Of a DNA stretch of 64,000 bases, positions 13,215 to 63,989 are shown piece by piece (the first letter of the stretch is position 1; every line of letters begins with the position of its first letter). Under the pieces are notes generated by a model. The model saw only the letters and a program-made list of their open reading frames with translations, did no database searches and had not been told where the DNA came from. Location: the NCBI GenBank assembly GCA_030141605.1, contig JAQGDQ010000247.1, positions 269,402 to 333,401 on the forward strand, in the 5' to 3' direction. This stretch comes from Tubiluchus corallicola (Eukaryota > Animalia > Priapulida). The translations under genes were made by a program, and so were the position numbers.

Positions 13215-14125
13215 TGAACTTGCTGTTGATGATACTTACTTGTTGTAGATGATACTTACCAGCTGTTGATGATGCTTACCTGCTATTGATGGTACTTACC
13301 TGCTGTTGATAGTACTTACCTGCTGTTGGTGATGCTTAGCTGGTGTTGATGATACTTACCTGCTATTGATAGTACTTACCTGCTGTTGGTGATGCTTAGC
13401 TGGTGTTGATGGTACTTACCTGCTGTTGATGATTCGTACCAGCTGTTGATGGTACTTACTTGCTGTTGATGGTACTTACCTGCTGTTGATGATGCTTAGC
13501 TGCTGTTGAACTTGCTGTTGATGATACTTACTTGTTGTAGATGATACGTACCAGCTGTTAATGATGCTTACCTGCTGTTGCTAGTGCTTACCTGCTGTTG
13601 ATGATTCTTACCTGCTGTTGATGGTACTTACCTGCTGTTGATGGTACTTACCTGCTGTTGATGATGCTTAGCTGCTGTTGAACTTGCTGTTGATGATACT
13701 TACTTGTTGTAGATGATACTTACCAGCTGTTGATGATGCTTACCTGCTGTTGATGGTACTTACCTGCTGTTGATAGTACTTACCTGCTGTTGATAATGCT
13801 TAGCTGCTGTTAATGATACTTACCTGATGTTGATGATTCTTACCTGCTGTTGATGGTACTTACCTGCTGTTGATGGTACTTACCTGCTGCTGATAATGCT
13901 TAGCTGCTGTTGATGATACTTACCTGATGTTGACGGTACTTACTTGCTGTTGATGGTACTTACCTGCTGTTGATGGCACTTACCTACTACCAGTGATACT
14001 TACCTGTTGTTGATGGTACTTACCTGCTGTTGATGGTACTTACCTGCTGTTGATGGTACTTACCTGCTGTTGATGATAGTTGCCTGCTGCTGATGGTACT
14101 TATCTGCTGTTCATGATACTTATAC
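13215..14125. repeat. 20-bp minisatellite, consensus TGCTGTTGATGGTACTTACC, ~45 units with higher-order blocks
   Basis: Period 20; a variant block starting gaacttgctgttgatgatacttacttgttgtagat recurs at ~13217, ~13508 and ~13680. Confidence 0.95.
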
Positions 14126-16235
14126 CTGTGAGATTGCATCGTTGGTTATACCTACGCCTTGATGACCCTTATCTTGTAATGAGTCTAGAAAGATGAATGT
14201 CATTATCTTGGAGTTGTATAAATGGATGAGAAGACATGATTATGTTAACCAGGAGTCATCAAAGTTCTGTTACGTCATTATTGTCCTCGTAATTGGATGC
14301 GGGATGGAGAAGTGGCCCTGGGCAGCTATTAAACCGTTTAATGGTATACACAAGTTACCGATGGAGCCTGATGGTAAGGAGATGGCATTGGATGAGGACA
14401 GTAGAAACTTGTCTGGAGATGCAACAATAACCTCGAGGAAAGACTAGTGACAAAACTTTAAGTTTGTTAAGTTTCTCGATTTTAATGGTTTCTGTTAATT
14501 CTGATCGGATTGGCTAAACTTGAATGAAAGTCTGTTTATTTTGCAATGTATTTAAATGCTCATAAGTCGTTAGTTTGTTAATTTTTAGGTTAATTCAGTA
14601 ATTTTGTTCGCCTCATCATTCATTCTTCGCCCAAGGATTACACTAACGCCACGGACCACCATTTACATGAACGAAATTTACACTTCATAGTCACAGTCGT
14701 TGTCCTCGTCATAGCGATCGTCGTCGGCTTCAGCATCACTTGTATGACATGAATGCACACTTTGCACACTTTGTAGTAGCTGGCATTATTTGTGTCTTCG
14801 TGTTTGACACTGCTGATACTTGTCACTAATTTCAGTACTAAACGCCCCTTTGGTGGTTTTGTATACCTCACAATATTTCCTGATACTAAGAGTAGTTGTC
14901 AAGGTTGGTAGTTGTAGTAACAACAACTTTTAGTGTCTATATACAAACCCATATTTGCAAACCCATATGAGCCTTGATTATTCATAATTATTTTAATGAT
15001 CTAAAAAAACTTAAAAAGTAAAGAACGATGTTACTGATATAGCAATGATGTTGCACTTATTTTGAAGCAAAACACATTAAATAATAAACAATTGTTCAAT
15101 AAGGACTTGTACATTAAGCAAATGAACAATTATAACTATTTTAAAATCGTCATAATAAGCAATCACTGGAAGAAAATATTATAGAATATACTACAAAAAT
15201 GACGTTTTTCTCACTAGGCTACTCTGCAGTCGAAAACTCTAACCAGATCTAATAAAAGAGTTAAAGTAAGTAAATCAACTTTGGCAAAAAAATAGAATTT
15301 CTATTACTCTTAATGAACTTATCACAGTTATTACAAAGTTAATTCTTTATCACACCAATTGCTATATAATTATTATTTGAAATTGTTTTTAGAGTACTAA
15401 ACACGATTTTTTCAGGAATGGCCAAGTAGTCATGGTGCTGTGCTTAGCGAGCAAAATTAAACGGTAAACTGTAACTGTAACTGTGACTGTAAACTGTAAC
15501 TATTAACAGCATTTAACCAGGTCAGTAAATGGTTAGTAATTGGTGATATAACCGCCTCCTGATATTTTTCGTTACGGGGAATCAAATCAAAACAGACGTA
15601 TCCACCAGTTTTTATTATAATAAGCTTTTATAATGAGTTAACTTCGGTTCTGTCGCGCTTATAATGTGGCCCTGCCACAGAATCCTGGATACTCGTCCTC
15701 TGCAATGGGGCAGTATTTCCTCACCTTTCTCTCTGTAATAGTAAGAAAGTCGATAATCTTTCATTGATACATTTTCTGCAGTGAGAATTTTCTCCTAAAT
15801 AAATACAAGTTTAAAAATTGCCAATTTGACCCACTAGGTCGAAATAGAACTCACTTCACTCTTCAACTATAGACTAATATAGTTCCTTCGCGTTTTGGAC
15901 TAATTTTGAGCATACGTATTAACTTACTGTGAGCGTACAGTGTAAGTCGACATGTTTACAAAAACTTGATAAGAAATCCTTGAACGATGACTTTGATAAC
16001 AATGCAAGTAAAAATCTCCTCTGTGTGCTGTATTCTGTGTGCTGTAGGATATTCTAGGCCTTTGAGTTTAAGCAGTTCTGCTTTTGTGAATTTTGAAACA
16101 TTAATAGGCCTACGTGTGTGTGACGTAATTTTTAAATCAAATCATAGCTGTGGTAAAGAATAAAGAAAAGCGCAGCTTTGGGCGATTGTTGCATAAAATC
16201 TTTTGTGGAACGTTTAAAATACGAGATCCTTCAAA

Positions 16236-17490
16236 ATGAGTCACCCGCCGTCCACTTTTGATCAGAAAGGGAAGGTATGCTAATTCAGTTTTTAGTATTT
16301 AGCAAGAGCTAACTTTCAGGCAAGTTGCTCTCTTTCCATCAAAAGTTTAACATTTTATCACAATCTCGCACTCAACAACAGGTGTTACTACTAATGTTGA
16401 ATATTTGTGGCGGGACTGGAATCTTGCTTATCTAATACGCTATGATAAAACAATAATCATGTTCGAATAAGAATACGCCTTCTCTCCCGAGAGAAACTGC
16501 CTAGACGCAGTTTTCCCACCAGTCCTGTATTCATTTATTAACCAGGTTTGGCACTGCTTAACTTAGGTCGTTAACCACAAATTGCGGTCACTCAGCTAGT
16601 TCTCTCGTTGTTGCTCAACTTATTTATTAAAAGACTTTACCACTGACTATATTTTGCATTGGCTGTTAATGACTATCAATACATGCAATAAAATCATTAT
16701 TCATTTTAGCTTTGGAATTTTCAAATGTGGTTCTTTTTATAATTCGGTGTAACGTTCTAAAAAAACTGGCAAAGGTGATCTCAAAGAGGATTAAGAAGAC
16801 CGTTTCCTAGCAATTAGTGTTTATTTGTAAAAAATTACAAGAAGTCTTTAGAGAATGAATATATAAATACATATATTATATGTAAATAAACATTTGACAT
16901 ATTTGTGCAAAATGACCTCGATTTTAACATATTTGTTTTCGTATCACACAACACTACTGTTATTACTATTTAATTTGAATTTCAACTATCTGTTTGACTT
17001 AAAAGATTGACAAAGCACAATTGCGAGGTCACCAATCCAATTCTTATTATATTATTAGCATCAATATTGCTTACTTTAGAAATAAATTCATGACTTTTGA
17101 TTATCGTGTTTAATGTACGACTTTATGCTTTGTGCACGACTGTCGCCCTTTGTCAGGTATTGAAGGGAATTGCAACAAGTCTGACTGTGCAGTTTACCAT
17201 CCTCTATGTGGGCTACTATTATTTACCAATACCTCTGCCGAATCTACCGACTGTTTATGACAGGTAGGTAGATCTATTGTATCACTGGATGCATGTTATA
17301 ATTAGTTTTAACCACATTAAAATTAAGTGTGACACAAATAATTAATGCACTTTAAATATGAGAGAACTCTCCTGAGACTTACCATCTTCAACAGGAATAA
17401 ACGTTTAATGTCCTCTATAGTCTCAAAATAGATTATTTATTGTGTCTGTAATTTTCAGCCGATGAGGCCCGTTAGGGCAATATCTCCTGA

Positions 17491-17562
<72 letters not shown>

Positions 17563-19545
17563 AGGAAAGAAAGAAAGAAAGAAAGAAAGAATCTCTTTTG
17601 AGATTATAAAGGGCATTCAACGTTTTATTAAACGGAAATGCATCCCATTTACGGCAATTTAACTTATCGAATTGCTTAAATTACAATATGCTTTAACACT
17701 ATGTGCTTCCAGCTAAACATTGAATTAGATGAAATTCGTCAGCGTTACTGGGTTTTGACATTTTATGCAGGCTGTTATTCACTTTTCGTTTGGAGGCACT
17801 TGAAGTGCTCACTCTGCTCCTTGGGGTGCATTATGTCGGGAGCTTACGGTTTAGTTCCATTGCAATTGATCCCACAGCTAAAGGTGCTGACAAGATTACA
17901 GACGTGGCTGCGAGATGCTTGCAGAATACATTAGAACAGGTAAATTTGGCTACCTAGTTTATTTTGCACACCGGCTTTTATCACAGTGCAAATGGTCGGT
18001 TCTCACAAATATAATAGTTATGCATTTACACAGTACAAAGTGATAGAATACAGTCAACAGTTGATACGTTTTCACTAAGCCTATGTGCTTCTATAGTGTG
18101 AGTGAGTGAGTGTTACAATATTATTAAATCGACATATTTACATGCATCATACATTACAATCATTTTTACCGTTTTATGCATGACAAAACTGTAGACATAA
18201 AGTCAGCCATTTGGGGTTATAAGTGAATGTCTAATAAGGCGAAAAGATTTTTTAATATGTAGGCCTACACGTAGCAAAATTCATACTGATAATATCATAC
18301 ATATAGTTATGAAGGGTATTGTTTTAGTCTTCGTTTCCGTTGTGTTATATTCATGCTCACGCCAGACGTTCTCAATTTCATGTTACAATGAATGCAGGTG
18401 GTGCTGATTTGCTGGTCCTTTCATTATAAGTAACTTAGATAGAAAATCTGCCAGATAACTGCTTCACCTGTCAATGCTAACACGTCCATATAAGAAGAGG
18501 TGCTAAGATGGTGAAACACCTATCCGCAAAAACGTTGAACCGGGAAGTATTGCTGATACGCAATGGTTTATACATATACATAACATACATAATCTTTATT
18601 TAAAGTCGGGTGTACAACGGAAGAACAGTAGCAAAATAGGCTATTCATAACGACTAAAATATACTATGCTAAAAAATTTTGCTAAAATAGACATACAATA
18701 TTACTCAAATTGATGAAAAAACAAAAATGAAAATGAGGTATTCTGCAAAATACAAAATAAGGTCATGCAAGCAAGGATAAAAGCAAGACAGTCACAAATA
18801 TTTAAAAAGGTGAGCATCACTTAATTCTGAGAATATGAAAAGATTATATGGAGATAAAAAACACTAAAACTGATAATGGATCGAACCATCACAAAGTAGA
18901 ATGGGGTGTGTGAAAATAAATGACATTTCTTCCACAGTACAATATCTTCACTGAGGTTCATTACTAGATTCAGAGTTTTTTATTTTCTTTGAAGCTGAGG
19001 CTTAGCTCACTGGCTTATCCCTATGCTCACTGTAAATAAGCCATAACAAGTTTATGTTGTTTTTGGCCTTTTACATTTCGCGTTAATCGCTCCTTCAATA
19101 GGAGACTAAAGACTGTAGTAAATACTGCGAGCATGGCTGCAAACACAAACTTTATTCTAGGTAGTACCATTACTCTCACTCGGCCTATTCGAAAATTCTA
19201 ATGACAGAAACGTAAACAAACATAATTTCTGCATGTCATCATGTACAGTTACACCTGTGTCTATTTCGAAATTAGTTGTTAACTTTGCTGTTACAGGTTA
19301 TTTTAAGTGCATTTGGAAAGCTGATTCTCTGCACATATCTGTCACAAGAATCAATGAAGCTCATACCACTCCTCGTGTTCGTCTTTCTCCTGGGACGTCT
19401 CACATTCTGGATTGGATATCTGAAATATCCACTGCATCGAGCTTTTGGATTCGCTACCACTTTCATGCCGATAAACGTCATCATTTTCTTATGTTGTTAT
19501 TATATGTTTACAGCGGGATTAGATTACGATGCCATCAAAGCTTAA
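16236..19545 (+). CDS. TMEM79-like / MAPEG-superfamily 4-TM membrane protein, copy A (187 aa); exons 16236-16274, 17157-17263, 17771-17939, 19297-19545
   Basis: Canonical GT-AG sites, phases 0/2/0, open frame: MSHPPSTFDQKGK-VLKGIATSLTVQFTILYVGYYYLPIPLPNLPTVYDR-LLFTFRLEALEVLTLLLGVHYVGSLRFSSIAIDPTAKGADKITDVAARCLQNTLEQ-VILSAFGKLILCTYLSQESMKLIPLLVFVFLLGRLTFWIGYLKYPLHRAFGFATTFMP...LDYDAIKA*. LQNTLEQ and GRxxFWIGY...RAFGF are TMEM79/MAPEG signatures. Confidence 0.9.
17488..17590. repeat. (GAAA)n microsatellite in intron 2 of TMEM79-like copy A
   Basis: Directly visible. Confidence 0.95.
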
Positions 19546-20399
19546 ACGATGAAAGGAAGTATTAATTAGACTCAAGTAATGTCAGCTAGTGTCAAGGAGT
19601 TTGTTCCAATTAATTGATATTAAAGCCATTCAAACTATCAATTACTGCCAAAAAGCATCGAATAACTAAAGAGTGTTAAGAAAAGTTTGTAAGTAGTCAC
19701 CTATTTTTTCATTGGCACCACTACAGCTACAGCTATTATCATCAGCATTTCTATTCAATCTCATAAATAAGAAGCAGAGTGTTTCTCCCAGGTTCTTCCT
19801 ACTTGTAACACCTACAATATGCCAGTGTGGTTTAGGAACTGCTTTATTGTGTGTTAGATCGAGACAGTTATATCACAAAACTACTTGCTAAATCAAAGAA
19901 TGACAACAAACAGTAATGATTCGCTTTTTGCTTTTAAAAAAAATAATGTCATAGATTACCATCAATGAGAAGTACCATTGCAGAATTGTTATATCTTCAC
20001 CCAGCAGCTTGGTTATGTCTTGCTGATTGTTCTACTGTTTTGCTCTGTAGGGTAAGTAATCTTACTATCTCGTTCAGGCAGCTTCATTCTTTTTACCACA
20101 TACTGAGTTATTTTGTATTACGTTTTGTTTGAGAAATATCCCCGTTTTGTTTGGGAGTTTTGACCTTTTGCCAGATCTCTCTCAACGGCAATAATCGACG
20201 TATTATATACCTTAAAGACTAAAGGGAACATTACAATCATTAGCTTTACTATTACTACTTCCCCCCCACCATCACCATCATCACTACCAACAGCTTAATA
20301 TTATTACCACTTAGTTCAACATCATCACTATAAGCAATGCCACTGCTAGCACCACTACTTTCCAGCTTCCAGTTAGTTCCATCACCACCACTTCCACCA

Positions 20400-20530
20400 T
20401 ATCATCATTATTATCATCATCATCATCGTCATCATCATCATCACCATCATCACAATCATTCATCATATTTCTGTATCATCATCATCGTTGCTCTTGTCAT
20501 CCACATCATCATCGGCTTCGTCATCGTCGC
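20400..20530. repeat. Degenerate (CAT)n microsatellite
   Basis: Directly visible; source of the spurious poly-His ORF. Confidence 0.85.
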
Positions 20531-21848
20531 ATAAAATAAATGCTTGATGCTTTTTAGCACTCGATGATATTTAGACTTTTTGGTTGATGCTATTGACGCT
20601 TGAGTGTCATTTTATTGACTGGTGCCTTTGATACTCTTTGGTCATGCTTCTGGATGTCTTTTAACATATCTCGATAGTCTGATAGTCTAATACAGTTGAT
20701 AAAATAGTGATAACAACTTTTTAAAAATTATTTGTGTCTGCAAACCCACGTGAGTCTTGATTGTTTATAACTATATTGACATATTGTTTATAATGACATG
20801 AAAAAGAGATAAATAAACAACGATGTTGCATTGAAGAATTATAGTTTTGCGCTTTATTTCGAGGAAAATATATAAAAACAAACCCTTGTTCTATAAAGAC
20901 AAGAAAAATTGTGCATCAAACAAGCAAACAATAGTAGTTATGACAATTAAGAAAACATTGTAGAATATACTGCAAAAAATTACAGTTTGCACCACTACAT
21001 TGTCCGTAATGGAAAACTTCTAATCAAATCTACTAAAAGGTAAATGCTCTTTGGGCAAAGAATTAAAATTTCTATTGACCAAAGAGTTCATCACAATTAT
21101 TACAGAAGTAATTTAGCTCATCACAATAACAGTAAATTGTCATTACTCATAATTATTTTCAGGGTATTAAGTACAAGTTTTCTAGACAAAATTAATAACT
21201 TTGTTTAGCGCAAATAGCTCGCAGGGGAAACCAACGACAGTTTTTTTATGCATAATCAGATTTTTGAACCAGAAAGTTGGTCGCCTGGAATGGATATGCT
21301 TTTTAATGACTAATTTTAATTTAAGAAATGTAATACACATGAATGTGTAATTTTTTAAGCCCGACTCAAGCGGACCATGCCTGGAAGATTATCATGTTAT
21401 CGTCATACTGAAAAATTTAGTATCCATTACTTTTTGATGTCTTAATCTTACCTCTCAAGATAAGGATAAAATATTTTATTGACACAAGCAGTTATTATAT
21501 TGAAAAGACCTTGAACGCGCAAGCAAAGCTTTTGAGTTTGTATTGAACCTATGCTGCTTGGTACAAGGCCAGGGCAGGTATAACATACCTGTAGAGCTGC
21601 AGCTAGTGGTGCCTTGTAACATTTTAATCATTTTGATTTTTGTGTAAAGAAATCCATTAGTAATAGACCTACACTGGTTGTTATTCATTACACGTGCAGA
21701 AGTAAGGAACAAATGCATCACCAATAGTGGAATTATGTATACTCCCTCTGCTTGATTTTATGTTCACTTCGTCTGAAGAGTGAAGAGTTTTGACACACTG
21801 TTGAATATCAGACCACCCACCTGCAGAAGACGGCTCATACCTCAGAAA

Positions 21849-24022
21849 ATGAGTAATCCACCTTCCACATCAGAACAGAAAATACGGGTGAGTTTTTTTA
21901 CAATGGATGACAGAGAAAAACCGCACTGTAATTAGATTATATATATTTCTTTATTCATACCTTAATTTTTACACTTTGAGTTAGTTAATTAAGTTAAACT
22001 GAAAAAAACAACAACACCATTCACATAGACATACATATACATACAGGTTAGTGACGGTTAATGCAAAGATTTTTACACAGTATTCACATGCAGATACTAA
22101 TTGGTGGCTAAGTAACTTATGATTATTTTCATTTGCACATTATTTAGGCTTATGTCATACAAACCTTCGATCCCATATAAACACTCCAGGATCATATTAG
22201 CATAGACCATATTCTCATGCGTTAAATTAGCAACATGATGCTCCATATAGTTCAATTTCTTAAAATTAAAAATATCTAAACTATTCACATTATCAAAACA
22301 CTCAAATGTCTTACATTAAATCCGATAATGCTCCTAGCACCACTGTTTTACAGTTTTACATAGATATTATACCATTTGGTTTGTAGATTTCAAACACCGC
22401 TCTATGAATCTCAGATTCCTTAGACATATGTGCCAGTTCGGAGGACACATAACAGGATTAGACCTATTTATGCTGAAATAATAATAGAAATTAATAGCAT
22501 TAATAGACTTTTGTGATTACTTGTAACATAAACAGTTGTATAACTGATCACCGGAATCAATTGGAATTGAGAAGTGGTGATGTCCTCATTTAGGTTCATT
22601 AAGTGTTATGAAGCCAACTCCAGTATTATAGATGCAGTGTGCAATAAATGTATGCCAGTTATGTCATGCATCAAAAGTCGTTTAAACTCACACACACTAA
22701 AAAGTCTTAAGTTTATAAAAAAGATTGGCCAACGATCTACAGGCGTGGAGCTCCAGCTAAAGCCCATTTTTCCAAAATTATATAACTATAAAGACTTATT
22801 CATAGCAGATACTTTCATGTTGGTGAACTGTACCAACATGAGCCAACTGTTAATAGATCGCGCCTTTATTAGATAATTGAATTAATTAGTAAGCAATAAC
22901 CAATACTAATCAATCCGTAGGTTCTAATAGCATTTATAGCGGGTTTTTCTTTGAATTCAGGTAGCTAAAGGCATAATAACGAGCTTTGTAGTACAAATGC
23001 TCGTACTTTATGTGGGATATCATTACGTGTCAATTCCTCTACCGAATCTTCCTACTGTCTTTGAGAGGTAAGAAATAACGCAGTAAATGTTTGAAACTAC
23101 GTTTTATTTGACATTTGCCATAATTACATGTATAAAGAAGACGGATTTTCCTTATGAATGAAAAAAATTTATTGGTCATCAGAAAATTTTGGGAACACTT
23201 ATTCCGTAAATTACAAATTAAGAAGACCACAGTTACGAAAGCACATAATACTATGTACTGTAATTGTGCCGCTTGAGCCATTTTTTTATCTAAATATATG
23301 TCTACCAAAGGCTCACAATAACCAGTTTGTTAAACAGAATTAATATTAATATTTTCTATATTTCTATTAATATTAAACAGAATTAGAATAATATTCTCTA
23401 TTGGCAGGCTGCTATTTACTCTGCGCTTAGAGGCTCTAGAAGTGCTCATTCTGCTCCTAGGGGTACATTATGTGGGACACCTACGCTTTACGTCCATTGC
23501 AATTGATCCCACAGCTAAAGGTGCTGATAGGGTTACAGACGTACCTGCGAGATGCTTGCAGAACACATTAGAACAGGTAAAAACTGTAATCAACACTGCT
23601 ATAACAGAAAGCTATATCCACCTAACAAAGTAGAGAACTATTTACAACTATATTGCGGTTTTACTGTCCATCAATTCTTAACTAACTACTAGTAGTAGCA
23701 AAACTTATTTGCTTTCCTCTCTCTCTCTCCCTCTCTCGCATATAATTCATTATAGTACAGTTTAATGCTACAGGTTGTTTTAAGTGTGTTTGCAAAGCTG
23801 ATTCTCTGCACATATCTGACACAAGAATCAATGAAGCTCATACCACTCCTCGTATTCCTCTTTCTCTTGGGACGTCTCGCATTCTGGATTGGATACCTGA
23901 AATATCCACTGCATCGAGCTTTTGGATTTGCTACCACTATAATGCCAACGTTCCTCACGTTGATGTACTGCTGCTACTGCATTATTGCTAAAGGTTTGGA
24001 TTACGATATCCTCAAAGCTTAA
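21849..24022 (+). CDS. TMEM79-like / MAPEG-superfamily 4-TM membrane protein, copy B (187 aa); exons 21849-21887, 22961-23067, 23408-23576, 23774-24022
   Basis: Exon sizes identical to copy A (39/107/169/249 nt): MSNPPSTSEQKIR-VAKGIITSFVVQMLVLYVGYHYVSIPLPNLPTVFER-LLFTLRLEALEVLILLLGVHYVGHLRFTSIAIDPTAKGADRVTDVPARCLQNTLEQ-VVLSVFAKLILCTYLTQESMKLIPLLVFLFLLGRLAFWIGYLKYPLHRAFGFATTIMP...LDYDILKA*. Confidence 0.9.
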
Positions 24023-25104
24023 TAATTCAGGTAGCAGCACTAGCTTATCAACTGGTTCAGTCAAGACGGATGGTACTACTAGTGCATTACACGTATTTTT
24101 CTGTATCACAAGTTGACTAAATAAATCTATACTTGCAAAATTTTCATCTCGTTATTTTAACTGTTTTCGAAAAACACTTAATTCGCCATACATGACGTGT
24201 TTAGACATTGAAAGTGAAAAATATTCTTTTGGGACTTGAATCCAACTTAATTCGGGGGATTTAGAGTAAGCATCTGTCCTTAATATCAGATTTATCTTGT
24301 TACTAGCATACCTAATAATGATGATTTTTGATCAGAAAACAAAAGGGATGGTCATTATCAGTGAAAGTAGCTAAAACTATAATGCAAATCACAGTGACTG
24401 AGACTTAATCAACATCTACAAAAGTTAAGCAGTAGTAGACTCGACTAATAAATGGATGACTACCAAGAAAATAAATGGATGACCACCAAGAAAACTTTTG
24501 GGTGATTTTTTTCTACCATACAGCATGCAGACTTTTGCTCAGAAGTGGTACTGACAAGGAACAGCAGTGTCTAGTTTTTTTTTGCTGATGTCTAGTTTTC
24601 AGTGTCTAGTTTACCTGGTTTGATGATAGATTTATTTTAAGTCTGCCTTCCCAGTGTCTACAGTAGACGTAATGGGCAAAAGTTGATGATGCAAACATGT
24701 GGTTAGTTTAGAAACACATCTGTCGCTTCAGTTCTGATCCCAGATAATTATCACTGATAGGTACCTAGATTCCCGTCCTGGCACAACCATTCACTATAGG
24801 GCTCTGCTGCTGAGTTAAAATGTACGAATATAAGTTGACATACCTATTAATTATTTACACAGAGTTTTAGTTTTTCAATATTGTACCATTATTACTACAC
24901 AGGATTATCATTACGCAATGACTACTTGGTTTCTCACAGCAAACACTGCAGAAAACCATCTGGACCTAAACCTGACATTCACAATAGGGTTGGTTAAACA
25001 GAAATGCAAACACTGCAGTGTTAGATGCAATCATTAAACAGTTCGACTCTCATACATTTTCATGAAAAGGTAAACAGGACTTTTTAACTGAAATAAACCA
25101 ATAA

Positions 25105-25148
25105 TTTAACAAACACAGATTAATATTTCAATTTAAATATGATTTATT
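25105..25148 (-). terminator. Candidate NF1 polyadenylation site (3' UTR ~1.5 kb)
   Basis: AATAAA on the minus strand at 25148-25143, followed ~25-40 nt downstream by a U/GU-rich tract (tctgtgtttgtt). Confidence 0.45.
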
Positions 25149-26682
25149 AGATAAATATACACAACTATATAAGCTAAAATTACTATTATTAGATAACATT
25201 TTACAAATCTGAAATGTACAATACACAAATGATAATAAGCTCTAAAACCAACATCTAATACAAATTAATTAAACAAAACAATTTTACATTTTTTTGATTC
25301 ACAAGGAGACGATTTCGTAGGAAAATAATGATGGATTTGTGACAGGACCTTTTCTTGTAATAAAATATTGGAATAGTGATATGTACAGTATCTGGTCTGA
25401 ACACCACTGTCGCAAGTATTTTTAAAGCTTCTTGAATTATATCTCACTCTGCAGTCACAAATTTGTTTAGTTGGTAGGTGTGATATTTAGAGATTAGATA
25501 GAAACATTTAATACCGACAAATAAGCATAGATTCTTGCAAATCTTCAGTCCCTAATCTGTAAAGTGTGAAAGAAGTTTCGTTTACAGAAAAAATGCCTAA
25601 TCTTTTTAATGAAACACAAATATTTCATGATAATAAAAACAAAACCCAAGATTTAAAACATTAACACACACACACACACACACAACAAGTTTAAACCAGA
25701 GCAAATAAATTTTGAATCTCAAATGTAATGACTAACATATCTGCGTCCGGTTATACTGATAGCTTGCAAAAATATAATCTACATCTTTAAAAGCAAGAAT
25801 ATACCATAGAAAATCTCTCAAACAGTGAACATGATCAACGTCTAATATAAGCTGTACATATAAAGCATTGAGACGTGAAATTTTATAATTTATACACAAA
25901 CGGATGTCTGCAGGAAGACGTTCACAACAAGCAATATTAGCAAAATAGAGGCTAAAGTATTCTAAATGAAATATAATGTATGAACAAATGTGTATGTCTA
26001 GTTTGATAATTTTAAGCTTGATGTAACATCTTTAAAACAAATGCCAACAAAAAGTCACCTAATTAAGGTTCCCATAATATTATGAAGGCAGAAGGAGAGT
26101 TATTGACTATGATAGTGCAAAAACCCGTGACAAAATAACACCATCATCATCAGCAACACGATTTTCAACCGCCGCACATCGTAGATATGCTTGTGGCATT
26201 GCGCAAATAACTACCTGTTTGTTATGGGAACGGGGCTTTTAGGGGGTATGCCCAAAAAGAGGTTCTCCTTAGACTATGAGAACTGTATAGACGAGTACGT
26301 AATGCTTGGACGTTCCATGAGTCGCATATTGTACTGCCAAGTTCAGTAAATTTCGAAATTTACAGGCAATAAAGGCTTCATGGATATTTTGTCCTACAGA
26401 CAACTAAATTTACAAGATACAAGCCAACATTATCTAACAATTACAGTAATTACTACACAAAAAAAAAATCTATAATTCTGACTGTACAACTTCATTTTGC
26501 AGCCAAGGGGCTAGCTTCCATATATATATAAAGTTCATACTACGCACAACACTATATACTCATCTGTACGATAAGCAAAAACCTTTCAGCAGTAGACTGA
26601 CCAGAATTAAAACCAAGATTTCTTTGCAATGCTCACACTCAACTCTTGACAATACACGATCCTTTACAGTAATAACTGCACC

Positions 26683-63989
<37,307 letters not shown>

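Noticed and set aside
13215-14125. CRISPR-like array or U1 snRNA genes
   Set aside because: No unique spacers, eukaryotic context, and the U1 match stops after 11 nt with no U1 stem-loops or Sm site
17423-17662. FFLS/KKER repeat ORFs (and the poly-His ORF at 20337-20534)
   Set aside because: Microsatellite translations with no splice or homology support
19272-19484. Minus-strand ORFs NPKARCSGYFRYPIQN, repeated at 12326, 19272 and 23689
   Set aside because: Antisense shadows of the TMEM79-like exon 4; not a separate gene or an interspersed repeat
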